Program-made: the position numbers and the translations under genes | The notes under the pieces: model-generated | What the model was told of the DNA's origin: nothing | The model's input: the letters and a program-made list of their open reading frames with translations, nothing else | Databases searched by the model: none | Source: Limisphaerales bacterium | GTDB taxonomy: Bacteria > Verrucomicrobiota > Verrucomicrobiia > Limisphaerales > JAJOIW01 | Length of the DNA stretch: 64,000 bases | Direction of reading: 5' to 3' | Assembly (NCBI GenBank): GCA_965657355.1 | Contig: CBFHOE010000007.1 | Span: forward strand, 128,001 to 192,000 | Shown: piece after piece, positions 29,257 to 39,364 of the stretch | Numbering within the stretch: the first letter of the stretch is position 1 | How the letters are laid out: every line of letters starts with the position of its first letter

Positions 29257-32200
29257 CTATGTCGTCAGGGTTTTTGAGCCTCTTTTTATTATCCATCCCG
29301 AAAAGATAAAGAAGATTGATGAGGCCATAATAGCGATAAGAGTAACCGCGACTGTCTTATTCCAGGAATACCCTTCATTGTCCCTTCTTATTTTGATTTC
29401 GACTGCCAAAGGTTTATTGATCTCAACTAGGTGAGATCTTCTAAGTTGCCAGGATTTACCCATCGCAGGGAATGTCGCGTATATCGAAGCCGGGCGCGCA
29501 ATAGCAGCTTCTTGCTGGCGGACGAGCCTTTCGGCCAATCGCTCAATTGCCTGCCTATCCTCTTCGCTTGTAGCCTCCATAAGTTGATCAATTTGATTCT
29601 GGGTAAGGCTATTGTAATCCACCTGAGGCGATGCGACAGTATTGTTAAAATAAACATTATTGAGGCGGGCATTCAATGCGATGTTAGCTTGCTGGTTTCT
29701 GATATTCTGAAACTGAACTCGGGCATCTTCATTAAAGGTTGGATCGGACTGGGAGAAATTAATAGCGTCTTCAAAGGCTCTTTGCGCCTTATAATTATCA
29801 CCCGATATAAGCATCTCATTTCCTGTATTTAACAATTGGATCGCTTTCCTATTTTGTTCCTTCATAAACTGCCCCTCGTTATCGATATAACTTGAGAGTT
29901 TTTTAAGATCCAAGCCTTTGGCATTCATTTGTGTTTGAACTTCAATAAGGTCTAAATTTCCATCAGCCTCGATAATCTCCATATCTTTAGGAAGGAATAC
30001 TTGCCATTTAATCTGTTCTAATGGCAGGTTGAAACCGGGTCCATAAAGATCAAATGTGCCACCTTTAATTTCTGCTCCAGCAAACCGAGAAGAATAAATA
30101 AACTTACAAACCGAATCCATTTGTTCACCCGGATTCTTTTCAATCGGCAGAAGTAGTTTCTCTCCGTCTTTCCATGGCCAGATCGATTTGTCATTGATGT
30201 AGCCGAGCCAGAATTTCGATTGAGCTGGCAGCTTCACAGTGAGCTGCCTTTCCTCACCAGGGTCGAGCCGGAGTTCAACTAAAGTCAACATTTCTCCGCC
30301 AGAGGACATGACTGACATAAGTTTGGTGGAAAGGATTCTGGCTGGCAGGACTTTCTCAACTTCATTACGAAGGACTTGAAGATTTAGCGATGCTGTATCG
30401 TTTACTTTTCTAAGCACACGAACAAACCCATCAGGGTTTCCTTTTTGCCCACGCAAGTTACCGGGTATAGATGCCCAATCGGCAGGCTGAAACCCTTGAT
30501 TTTCCTCAACGCTCTCAACTCTTAGGCGACCTTCAGATTTGTAGGAAACCCAGACCTTGAATAAGTTTTGGTTATAAATTTCCACAATATCCAGGGGCCA
30601 TTGATCCACAGTTGATAATATTGGCTGCTGGTATCTAATTTTAAGTGGCACCTGTCCTATAAGTCGTCTTTCAAATCGAATATCCCATGTTGTTTTGCCT
30701 CCTGCTGACTGATTAGACTTAACAAAATCAACGATATTTTTGCCTTCGATATCCACACTTTCAGCATTATCTGGCAACCCTACCTGTAAGGAATCAACAC
30801 CGGCATTTTCGATAGTCACAACGACATCAGAGCCGGTTTTCACAAGGCCTTCTCTGAAAGTCACTTTTTGAAGCAATACTGATTGCAGCCAGGCGTTGTC
30901 TTTTTCAACACTAAATGACAAATCCCAATCTTTTTGCAATAAATTGAATACTAAAGCTCCTTTTTGAGAAACGCCTACAGAGGAAGCATCTTGTTGGAGC
31001 ACTCCCGACTGACTTTCGGGATATAATCTCACACCTAATTCGGGTGTGATAATCAATGTTCCTGTTTGTTTTGTTGTTTCGTCGAACTGTATCGACGGAG
31101 CTGATAAGTTGGTTGCATCTAACATGCCTTGACCGACTAAATTCATTTGGATTTGAGAAGTCCCGAGAGTCTTTGCAACAAGGTGGACAGTAATTACCTC
31201 CTCATCCTGGACCAAATTTTGCGTCCAGTGACTCACATACTGCCCTGTCAATGATTCCATTTCCAATCCCTTTGGAAGTGGGAATTGCAATTTAAAAATC
31301 CCAGAACGGGCCACTGAGATATTTATTTGAACAGCCAAAAGTGTTCGATCTTCCCCCAGAGAAAGAGTCATTCGCGTATCCGCTCTGACATCCGGCTCGA
31401 TTGGTGAAACAGAAAGGTCTAATGATCCTTCCTGGCCGGAGTATTGATAAGCTCTGCGCAACGTTGATTGAGGAAATGACATCTTTCCGAAATCCGGAAA
31501 TTGATAATCTTCTAAACTGAGTGTCGCCATCCCTGATGCCTCGACACTGTCTAACTGAACCTCGTTTGGGGCTGATACTCCAACATTTCCTAATTCGCTG
31601 GCAGCACCTGGCAAGTGCACGAGGCCCACCTCTTTGTCGTATGGAAGCGTACCTGATCCTGATTGACTCAAAAATACAATCGAAAAAACTCCAGTCTGGG
31701 GATTTAGCAAATCAACGGTGAACTTGCGCGTATCTGGATCAAACCTCCAAGATTTGACATTTGCAGATGGTACGTCGACGATGGTTAGGGTTTTATCAAC
31801 GTCAAAAACAAGCTGGCTCACTACACCCTGAGCCGGTCGAACCGTCGCCATATGCCTTCCATCAATTACTCCTGAAGAAGGAACAAATAAATGCTTGAGC
31901 TCGGCGAAATACACAGCTTTCTCAGAGCGAGCATCTCGCCTTCTTGGCTGCCAAGACAACCTTGGGTTTTCTTGAGGGCTCAAGACAAGATTGTATTGGA
32001 AATGACCTTTTTGCCCGGTATTGAGCTCAGAAGAGATGAGAGTGTCAGCCGATATTTCCACGTCCTCAGTCCCAAAGTCGATTTGAACCAAATGACTCAT
32101 TGCAGCCGGGGTTAGTAAATAGGCAGAAGTTTGATTATTTCCTTTTTGAAGTTGCACTTTGTATTCAATATCGATTTTGAATAGCCCGTTCTTTTCGGCA

Positions 32201-35200
32201 TAAAGCTGAATACCTCCTGCCTCATTACTTGAGGATGGCACAAGTCTTATGCCATCCTTTGCGTTAAAATGAAGAGATTGAAAAATAGCCTCTTTCCCAA
32301 GTATTTGAATTGTCTCTCCTGATTTTGCACGCCAGCTTAGCTGAGTATCAGAAAATAAAAATTTATCTTCTATTTTAATATTTTGCTTAATGCTTTCAAT
32401 TTTAACTGGTGGCGATACGACTTGCCGAGAAATAGAGTTTTCCAAAACCGCGTTTTGGCTCAAAGCTTGTCCATTTTGCGAGGGAGACTGGATTTGTTCA
32501 GCAGCATCTATATGGAATCCAGGCAGAGCGACATAGGCTCCAATTAAAATGGCACCTAGTGCGCTTGGAATTCCTCCCGAATGATCATCACGCTTTGGCC
32601 TGTCACCATTAGGATTGCTACTTTCACTCCCACCTTGAGTTGTTGGCTGAGGATCATCGCCCGAATCACCATTTAATCCCGGCTCCGAGGTGGTGATTCT
32701 CAAGATCGGAACGAGTAAATGAATGATACAAATGAGCACGATTACAGCGATGAATAGTGGAAGCCCATTGTATTGAGTTAATGCACCACCTATGACAAAC
32801 GCCCAACCTATGGAAAGTAATAAAAATCTATATGCGTTTGAATTATACCTACGGGAAGCAAACAAAAGTATCATACCAAATAAAATTAAAAGAACTGCTG
32901 GGCAAGAGGCTGCAAACCCTAATTTATCTACAATCGAAATTGTGATTTCATTTTCAGCCTTTGGCTCGGAAACCGGGATGGAGAATTCAAGAGCACTACT
33001 GCCAGCCGATCTATTGTGCAAATTAGATGCAGGATTCATTGCCGCAAGGAAAGACACGACAGCCATCAAAACACCCGCAAAGCTAACCCACTTAACAGGA
33101 ACCCACTTCCAAATTTTAAATGCTCGGCGCAGTTCAGAGAAAACTAATAAAAAAATCAAGCTGCCAAAAACGAGTCCCAAACCCAAATAGAAATTTTCTG
33201 ATACAGAGCTTCGTCCTCTTAAAAAGACTCTAATAACATTATAGCCTCTTTGTCTTTTCTTTATAAAATCGGGAGTTAAACCGGATTCTTTGGCATGATA
33301 TTTTATGAATTTCCCATCACTAGATTGAACCGTCCATCTGGTGACAAGAGCAGATGATTCAATAACAGGAAGTTTTAAGACCATCTTTTTATTATCGTCT
33401 GGTGTGTAGGCTGTCCTGACGGCAATGCGAATCAATTCATTAGAATTGGGCTTTACTTTGATTGGCACCAATATAGACCCGTTATCAGAAACAGGAACAA
33501 CTGAATCGCCATCTACTTTCACATCCCATAATTCGAGACCTTCAGGCAAGTTAAAGACAAAATGTGAATTGGATTTATTTTTCAAGAAGTATTCTGCAAG
33601 ACTAACTGATTGCCCATCAGAGGAAACTTCAGTCTTCACCTCAATTCGATCCACAAGCATTTGAAGGCTATCACCTCGCTCCAGCTGTTTTACCTCCAAA
33701 TCTAAATTAAAGGGATAAGAGGAGTAGAGATATGAGTCTACTAAAGGGGCGTCGTAAATGAGTCTGAATTCACTCGGAATTTCCGCAGGTTCAATTGAGA
33801 CAACATTGGATCTTCCACCACTACCAATAGCTCCCAAGTCGACTTGGTAATGACTAATAAACAAAACATAGCCTTGATTATTTTTTGCCCTCACAGGGTG
33901 AACGCCCTGAAATGGGTATGTTTTTGCCTCATCTTTTTCGAGCTTTAAATCATAGGTGGCAAGCAAGGAGTAAGTACCAAATACAGGATTTTCAAGGAAT
34001 ACTTCATATCCAACGTCAGTCTTTTTCCAATTTCTTATCCCCTTACCCACAAATTCAAGATTTGAGTAATCATCAGACAATAAAACTTCAAAGGAGTTGA
34101 CTGGCGCTCCTGAAACCAAATAGTTAAGGAGTGAGCTTCCATAAATAATCCCGTCGCCTATTGAAAATAGTTGCAAAGTATCCACCTGGAGACTTTGTTC
34201 TAGTTCATCGATCTGCAGTTTTAAGCTCCAGTCAAAATCTCTTAGGCGAAAAGCAAGTGCAAGCCCTTCTACTTTTTTTGGAAAGAAGGCTGCTGCAATT
34301 TCTGTGACACCCATTGAATCAGAAGTAGAGACTCTCAGGCCAGGGTCGACAGCGACACCTATGTGTCCCCTGCTCGTTTTAGCGACTGGGCTCAAGATTT
34401 GAGGAACCTCCCAATCCTGAATATCAAGTTGTTTGTTTCTTGAAAGCTGAAATTGCCCAATCCATCTACCTGAGACGGGTTGACTAAATACTAATTTTAA
34501 TTTTTGACTCTGAGGGTCATCATTATCGAGAAAATAATCGGCAACATAATTCCCTTGGACCTGTGTTAGCACGTAATTATTAGGTAGGTTCAATGTGAAC
34601 TCTCTTAATGGAGCCTCCCGTATATCGAGTTCTATCAATGAGTCAATTGACTGAGCAGTATTGCCAAGCGTGTGAACCGTCAGTTGCGAAAGAGACACCT
34701 CTGGAATAATAGTGTCCGCTTGAATCTTGTATTCGAAATCCGATCCGCTGAATCTATACGCAAAGACTTGGTTGCCATTTGGTTTTGGAAAGCCGCTAAG
34801 TCTTGGAAAACGCTCAGGGCTTATTTGGGTAAGGTTAAGAGGATCTTTTATTTCAATTTTCACAGCACCCTGATTGTGCACCCGGATATACCCGCCATAG
34901 GCAAGAGCTCCAGAGGGAACTAACTTAAGCGGTTCAATATTTAGAGGAAAAGCAGGAAGAGTTTGCTGTGAAACAATCCTTAGTTGATAGTCTCCTTTGA
35001 TTGGCCTCCTGGTTTCCACAATCATTTTACGATTTGTGGAATTTTCTACAGGTAAGATTTTCCAGCTTCGGATATCAGCTCCATCGACTTTGAGGATCTC
35101 GCCTTGGCCCAAAATCTCAAAGTTTAATGATGAAACTTCACCCTGCATCACTTGATAATCCATCCAAAGAATCTGAGAAAGTCTTCCGGACCCCAAGGAA

Positions 35201-36525
35201 ATCTGGCTTTTTCCTTGGACTGAATAAAATACTTTCCCTGATTCTTTAGGTATTTTTGATTTCCAGACCAAAGAAAACCCCCCTTGAGGTTTCAAAAATC
35301 CACGAGCTGATTCACCGACAATCTGAACATCTCCCAACGGAAAGATTTCAAAACTTGATTCTTTGGACCACCCTTTCAATATGATAGGCCTTATGGTTGA
35401 ATTGGCTACAATGACATTGACTGATTTTTGATTGATTTCATCTTTGATTCGGCAGCTAAAATCTATCTCTACTGAGATATTTCCAGGACTATCAGAAACG
35501 ATGTAGTATGCTCCATTTTGAAACACCAAGCTCGACTTATTATTACCAAGTTTATATGAAACTAAACCTACATCACCGCCTAAGACTGGTATTAGTCCAC
35601 CTTCGGGGTGTTTAAACTCAGCGACACCCTCAAGTTTCATTTTGACTACTTGTATTTTCGAGTCAAATTCCGAGGTTAACAAAAATTCATTAAAAGAATT
35701 TTTATATTGGTCAGGTTGTTCAGGATAAATTGCGAAGGTTGTTTTGTAATCTGGCCCTAAAACCAAAACTTTAGATTTTTGAGATCTTTTGATGGGATAT
35801 CCTAAAGTCTCAGTGGTTTCCTTAGGAGTTATCGATACTGATTTACCAATTTGAACTGGCTGTATATATAATGGATCTTCTGATGTGATTGTATAACTTC
35901 CCGTAAATGAAGCGGCATCCTCCGCGTTAACAACCAATGGAGTATAACTAACAAAAGGTGATTTTGTTTTTATCAAATTAGATACTTTTAATACAAACCC
36001 AGAGGTAGTACTGAGAGAAGCTGAGCTTTTGTCTACAATGATTTTAACTAAACGAATCTCGGGATCTTGTGTCGCTTGGATTGAAAGAAAAAATGGTAAG
36101 TCGGGTTTGGCGAATTGGACATCCAAGTTTGGATCAAATGTGTTCGCTGATATGTATATTTCCAAATCATTCCACTGCCCCCTCAAGCGTGAGATAGAAA
36201 CGTCCCAAGTTTCTTTAGCGAGACCTGGCCCAATGGAAATTGCCCCGGAGACTGAAGTTGTATATAAAAATGGATCCTTTGGTTCTTTATTAGGTGTTTC
36301 AAGCGTTCCAGTAATTTGGAAGCCGGCTTCACCGGAATCCCCATCCAGACCTGCTCGAATGTCCAAATTACTAATTTGCCCTGAAAGCGCATTATCATCT
36401 TGTGCAAGAAGGAAGTTATTTAAAGCACAAGCTAAAGCAAAGGCAGCGATGTAATATCTCATAATATTGATTTTCATTTTTTTATAAATTTGATGAGTAA
36501 AACTAGGGGCGCAGCGACCTCGCAT
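29257..36525 (-). CDS. Giant (~2400 aa) internally duplicated envelope protein of unknown function (start probably ATG 36477 or 36462)
   Basis: Uninterrupted 7.2-kb ORF with an N-terminal signal peptide (MRYYIAAFALACALNNFLLA-QDD), a central cluster of about 6 hydrophobic helices, a C-terminal TM helix, and two homologous arrays of beta-rich modules. No catalytic motif recognised. Confidence 0.85.
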   Translation of the reverse strand: MRGRCAPSFTHQIYKKMKINIMRYYIAAFALACALNNFLLAQDDNALSGQISNLDIRAGLDGDSGEAGFQITGTLETPNKEPKDPFLYTTSVSGAISIGPGLAKETWDVSISRLRGQWNDLEIYISANTFDPNLDVQFAKPDLPFFLSIQATQDPEIRLVKIIVDKSSASLSTTSGFVLKVSNLIKTKSPFVSYTPLVVNAEDAASFTGSYTITSEDPLYIQPVQIGKSVSITPKETTETLGYPIKRSQKSKVLVLGPDYKTTFAIYPEQPDQYKNSFNEFLLTSEFDSKIQVVKMKLEGVAEFKHPEGGLIPVLGGDVGLVSYKLGNNKSSLVFQNGAYYIVSDSPGNISVEIDFSCRIKDEINQKSVNVIVANSTIRPIILKGWSKESSFEIFPLGDVQIVGESARGFLKPQGGFSLVWKSKIPKESGKVFYSVQGKSQISLGSGRLSQILWMDYQVMQGEVSSLNFEILGQGEILKVDGADIRSWKILPVENSTNRKMIVETRRPIKGDYQLRIVSQQTLPAFPLNIEPLKLVPSGALAYGGYIRVHNQGAVKIEIKDPLNLTQISPERFPRLSGFPKPNGNQVFAYRFSGSDFEYKIQADTIIPEVSLSQLTVHTLGNTAQSIDSLIELDIREAPLREFTLNLPNNYVLTQVQGNYVADYFLDNDDPQSQKLKLVFSQPVSGRWIGQFQLSRNKQLDIQDWEVPQILSPVAKTSRGHIGVAVDPGLRVSTSDSMGVTEIAAAFFPKKVEGLALAFRLRDFDWSLKLQIDELEQSLQVDTLQLFSIGDGIIYGSSLLNYLVSGAPVNSFEVLLSDDYSNLEFVGKGIRNWKKTDVGYEVFLENPVFGTYSLLATYDLKLEKDEAKTYPFQGVHPVRAKNNQGYVLFISHYQVDLGAIGSGGRSNVVSIEPAEIPSEFRLIYDAPLVDSYLYSSYPFNLDLEVKQLERGDSLQMLVDRIEVKTEVSSDGQSVSLAEYFLKNKSNSHFVFNLPEGLELWDVKVDGDSVVPVSDNGSILVPIKVKPNSNELIRIAVRTAYTPDDNKKMVLKLPVIESSALVTRWTVQSSDGKFIKYHAKESGLTPDFIKKRQRGYNVIRVFLRGRSSVSENFYLGLGLVFGSLIFLLVFSELRRAFKIWKWVPVKWVSFAGVLMAVVSFLAAMNPASNLHNRSAGSSALEFSIPVSEPKAENEITISIVDKLGFAASCPAVLLILFGMILLFASRRYNSNAYRFLLLSIGWAFVIGGALTQYNGLPLFIAVIVLICIIHLLVPILRITTSEPGLNGDSGDDPQPTTQGGSESSNPNGDRPKRDDHSGGIPSALGAILIGAYVALPGFHIDAAEQIQSPSQNGQALSQNAVLENSISRQVVSPPVKIESIKQNIKIEDKFLFSDTQLSWRAKSGETIQILGKEAIFQSLHFNAKDGIRLVPSSSNEAGGIQLYAEKNGLFKIDIEYKVQLQKGNNQTSAYLLTPAAMSHLVQIDFGTEDVEISADTLISSELNTGQKGHFQYNLVLSPQENPRLSWQPRRRDARSEKAVYFAELKHLFVPSSGVIDGRHMATVRPAQGVVSQLVFDVDKTLTIVDVPSANVKSWRFDPDTRKFTVDLLNPQTGVFSIVFLSQSGSGTLPYDKEVGLVHLPGAASELGNVGVSAPNEVQLDSVEASGMATLSLEDYQFPDFGKMSFPQSTLRRAYQYSGQEGSLDLSVSPIEPDVRADTRMTLSLGEDRTLLAVQINISVARSGIFKLQFPLPKGLEMESLTGQYVSHWTQNLVQDEEVITVHLVAKTLGTSQIQMNLVGQGMLDATNLSAPSIQFDETTKQTGTLIITPELGVRLYPESQSGVLQQDASSVGVSQKGALVFNLLQKDWDLSFSVEKDNAWLQSVLLQKVTFREGLVKTGSDVVVTIENAGVDSLQVGLPDNAESVDIEGKNIVDFVKSNQSAGGKTTWDIRFERRLIGQVPLKIRYQQPILSTVDQWPLDIVEIYNQNLFKVWVSYKSEGRLRVESVEENQGFQPADWASIPGNLRGQKGNPDGFVRVLRKVNDTASLNLQVLRNEVEKVLPARILSTKLMSVMSSGGEMLTLVELRLDPGEERQLTVKLPAQSKFWLGYINDKSIWPWKDGEKLLLPIEKNPGEQMDSVCKFIYSSRFAGAEIKGGTFDLYGPGFNLPLEQIKWQVFLPKDMEIIEADGNLDLIEVQTQMNAKGLDLKKLSSYIDNEGQFMKEQNRKAIQLLNTGNEMLISGDNYKAQRAFEDAINFSQSDPTFNEDARVQFQNIRNQQANIALNARLNNVYFNNTVASPQVDYNSLTQNQIDQLMEATSEEDRQAIERLAERLVRQQEAAIARPASIYATFPAMGKSWQLRRSHLVEINKPLAVEIKIRRDNEGYSWNKTVAVTLIAIMASSIFFIFSGWIIKRGSKTLTT

Positions 36526-39277
36526 TTTGTATCATTTGCTTCAGTAAAAGAGGCCGATCATCAGGAGCAAACTCGGAGATCGCAAAATCCACCCATGACT
36601 CCAATTGTGCAACATCCACCTGAGCGGCATATGGATTCCCCCCTAACCATTCAGCAAAAGAACCTGCTGCTGAGGCTAATTTCAAGGAACCGCTGCTTAG
36701 GTCAATGGATGGCGCTGGCCCCCGATAAGGTATTAATTTTTTAATTTCGTCGTATTGAAGAGTGAGAGGATCCTGGTAACGCACTCTAACCCAACCCACT
36801 GGACCAGATCCATTTTCTTTTACCTCAACAATGTAAATAGCACTACCACTTTCAGCTTTGCCTATTTCGCCAGCATTAACGGCATTATCCCGAAATTGCC
36901 GGGCCGTTAGTCTGTGCTTTTGATAACCCATCTGACGGTAACGACTTATCCTATTCGTGTTGAATTCGATTTGAACTTTTACATTTTTTGCAGATACCTC
37001 AACAGACTTATACCACGTCTCTTTAAAATAACTACTAGCCTCTTGAGCAGAGTTCAGAAAACCGTATTTTCCATCGCTATCCCTGGTGAGCCTCTCTAGC
37101 AAAGCATCATCGTAACCATCCCACCCAATCCCAAAGCAATCGAGAATGGCCCCCTTTATTCTATTCTTTTCAATTTTTGAGGCCAATACAGGGCCGTCTA
37201 TCTCTCCAAGATTGGCAGCTCCATCAGTAAGTAATAGGATTCTATTGTTTCCACCGAGCCTGTACCGTTCAAATAATTTTTCATATGCCAATTCTAGCGC
37301 TGCTTCGATATTTGTCCCGCCTGATGGGCGTATGGCACCGACAATTGAGAGAAATGCATCCGCATTTCCGCCGGGCATGCCATCGATCAACAAGCGAGGT
37401 ACCCTTGCAAATCCAACTAAGGTTAAAGAATCAGAAGCACCCAAATTATTGACTAAAGTAAATAATGCTTTATTGACTGTGCGAACACGATCCTCTCTTT
37501 GCATTGAACCAGAAGTATCCAAGAGAATGACTAAATTCATACCCGATTTTAGGTCTAACCCAGTTTGATTGGCCTTGACGCCTAATCGAATCACCTCCCT
37601 ATTCATTTCAAATGGCCACAGAGCTCGTTCACTGGTAATGCCGACTTTTTGATTTGACCCGGGGGCGGGGTCTTTATAGTCAAAAGCATTGATAAATTCT
37701 TCACTTCTGATGGAGGACTTATCAGGAAGGTTTCCATTGGCAATCGCCGCTTGACTAAGACGAAAAGAAACATCACTCACGTTGAGCGAAAAAGTTGATA
37801 GTGCATTATCTGAAGTTTCAGTCTCGGGGTGCGGTTCAAGCTCACTCGCAGGCGGTATAACCTTATACTTTTTACCTCCGTACTGAACACTTTTTTCAAC
37901 TGATTGTTTTGGTGAAAACTTACCTGAGATACTTTTCAAATTGTCAGAATCTTGGTCAGAATAGTCATCATCGATATTTTTTCTTCCAATACGAGGCCGC
38001 GAAGGACCAGGACTGGGTTTATTGGCTCGGATGCCCTTAGCCTTATCTGATAACACTCCACTGAAGCCGTAGAGTTCCACTGAAGCACCCGCCCGAGAGA
38101 CTTCAGATTTTAAAACTTTCTTAGAAACATCATTTACTCCCCCTGCTTCTTTTTTTAAATGGAGATTTGAATTCTTAAAATCGAAAGGGTTAATACTTCC
38201 CTCTATAACGTCTCGACTGAAATCAGAAGATGAGTTTAATGGAGATTTGTTTTGTTTGGATCTAGATTTAAGATCTTCCGAAAACCATTTGTCCTGCGAA
38301 TAACGAGGTGTTGCCGTGACATCATTGGCACGTGATTCCGATTGCCGTTTAGCATAGAAGCTTTCAGAAGTTATTTCTCCCAAACCCGTATCAAAAATTT
38401 CATCCGGTTTTAACTCTTTCGATTTTTCTGGAAGTCTGATTAACCTGTCTATGGTGTCTTTGGAGGAATAAAAAGCCCCTCCTCCAGTCCCACCCGAGAA
38501 AGGCTGAGGTGATTCATCAGTTTTATTTTCAGCATAAGCACTTTCAAACTCAGCATCAGATCCATTTGATTTGTTATTTCCGCTATACCCCCTAGTCTGT
38601 ATATTATTATTGGAAAATGAATCTCTGGAAGATACCGATAATTCTTCTGGAGGGCTGGATAATGGGTCTGGTTGGATTTCCTTTCGGACCTCCGATAAAC
38701 CATTTACGACAACGGAGTCAAAAGCATCTTTTTCAATGCTTTCTTCACCAAATTTTTCGGAAGGAGGAATTTCAAGGAACAGACTTTCATTATCCTCAAA
38801 ATGAGACTCCCCAGTCAGACCAGCCACACGACTATCGGTTGCCACATCGAATTTATTTTTAAGACTGCTGACCTTTGTTATTGAGATGATAACAAAAGAC
38901 GCTATCAGAGCGGCAAAACTTCCACCGACAACCAAATTTTTTTTATAAAAAACAGGAGTAACTAAAGGAATCAATCCTTTGAGGAAAGTATGTTTACCTT
39001 TCAAGGCACTTGCCCTCTGTGATGGCTTTAAAACTCCCTTAAAGCTGAGATATTTGAATCCACCAGCCATAAGGTTCCATAATATTTTTATCTCAAGGCA
39101 CTTTTTGGCTAGCCGTGGGTCTTTTGTGACCGCGATCTTGACCTGTTCTTGCTCGTAATCACTCAACTCTCCAGCTTGAGAGGCGACATACATTCGTTCC
39201 CAGAAATTAGGTTCATCTTTGTTATACTGTGGACCTTTTTTCTTCTCGTCTGGATCTATGTTTTCAAAATTATACAT
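36503..39277 (-). CDS. Membrane-anchored VWA protein, YfbK/DUF3520-like, with anti-sigma-like N-terminus (paralog 2)
   Basis: TM LVVGGSFAALIASFVIISI, long S/D/K-rich linker, STFSLNVSDVSF, IRSEEFINAFDY, MIDAS DTSGS / GGTN / LLLTDG, AKNVKVQIEFN...YRQMGY. Confidence 0.85.
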   Translation of the reverse strand: MYNFENIDPDEKKKGPQYNKDEPNFWERMYVASQAGELSDYEQEQVKIAVTKDPRLAKKCLEIKILWNLMAGGFKYLSFKGVLKPSQRASALKGKHTFLKGLIPLVTPVFYKKNLVVGGSFAALIASFVIISITKVSSLKNKFDVATDSRVAGLTGESHFEDNESLFLEIPPSEKFGEESIEKDAFDSVVVNGLSEVRKEIQPDPLSSPPEELSVSSRDSFSNNNIQTRGYSGNNKSNGSDAEFESAYAENKTDESPQPFSGGTGGGAFYSSKDTIDRLIRLPEKSKELKPDEIFDTGLGEITSESFYAKRQSESRANDVTATPRYSQDKWFSEDLKSRSKQNKSPLNSSSDFSRDVIEGSINPFDFKNSNLHLKKEAGGVNDVSKKVLKSEVSRAGASVELYGFSGVLSDKAKGIRANKPSPGPSRPRIGRKNIDDDYSDQDSDNLKSISGKFSPKQSVEKSVQYGGKKYKVIPPASELEPHPETETSDNALSTFSLNVSDVSFRLSQAAIANGNLPDKSSIRSEEFINAFDYKDPAPGSNQKVGITSERALWPFEMNREVIRLGVKANQTGLDLKSGMNLVILLDTSGSMQREDRVRTVNKALFTLVNNLGASDSLTLVGFARVPRLLIDGMPGGNADAFLSIVGAIRPSGGTNIEAALELAYEKLFERYRLGGNNRILLLTDGAANLGEIDGPVLASKIEKNRIKGAILDCFGIGWDGYDDALLERLTRDSDGKYGFLNSAQEASSYFKETWYKSVEVSAKNVKVQIEFNTNRISRYRQMGYQKHRLTARQFRDNAVNAGEIGKAESGSAIYIVEVKENGSGPVGWVRVRYQDPLTLQYDEIKKLIPYRGPAPSIDLSSGSLKLASAAGSFAEWLGGNPYAAQVDVAQLESWVDFAISEFAPDDRPLLLKQMIQNARSLRP

Positions 39278-39364
39278 TTAATAAAAAACAACCCTCATTT
39301 AATTAAGACCCACCAGAAGATAATTTATTAGAATTTATTCATAATTTTTTTAAGACTCTCTCCT

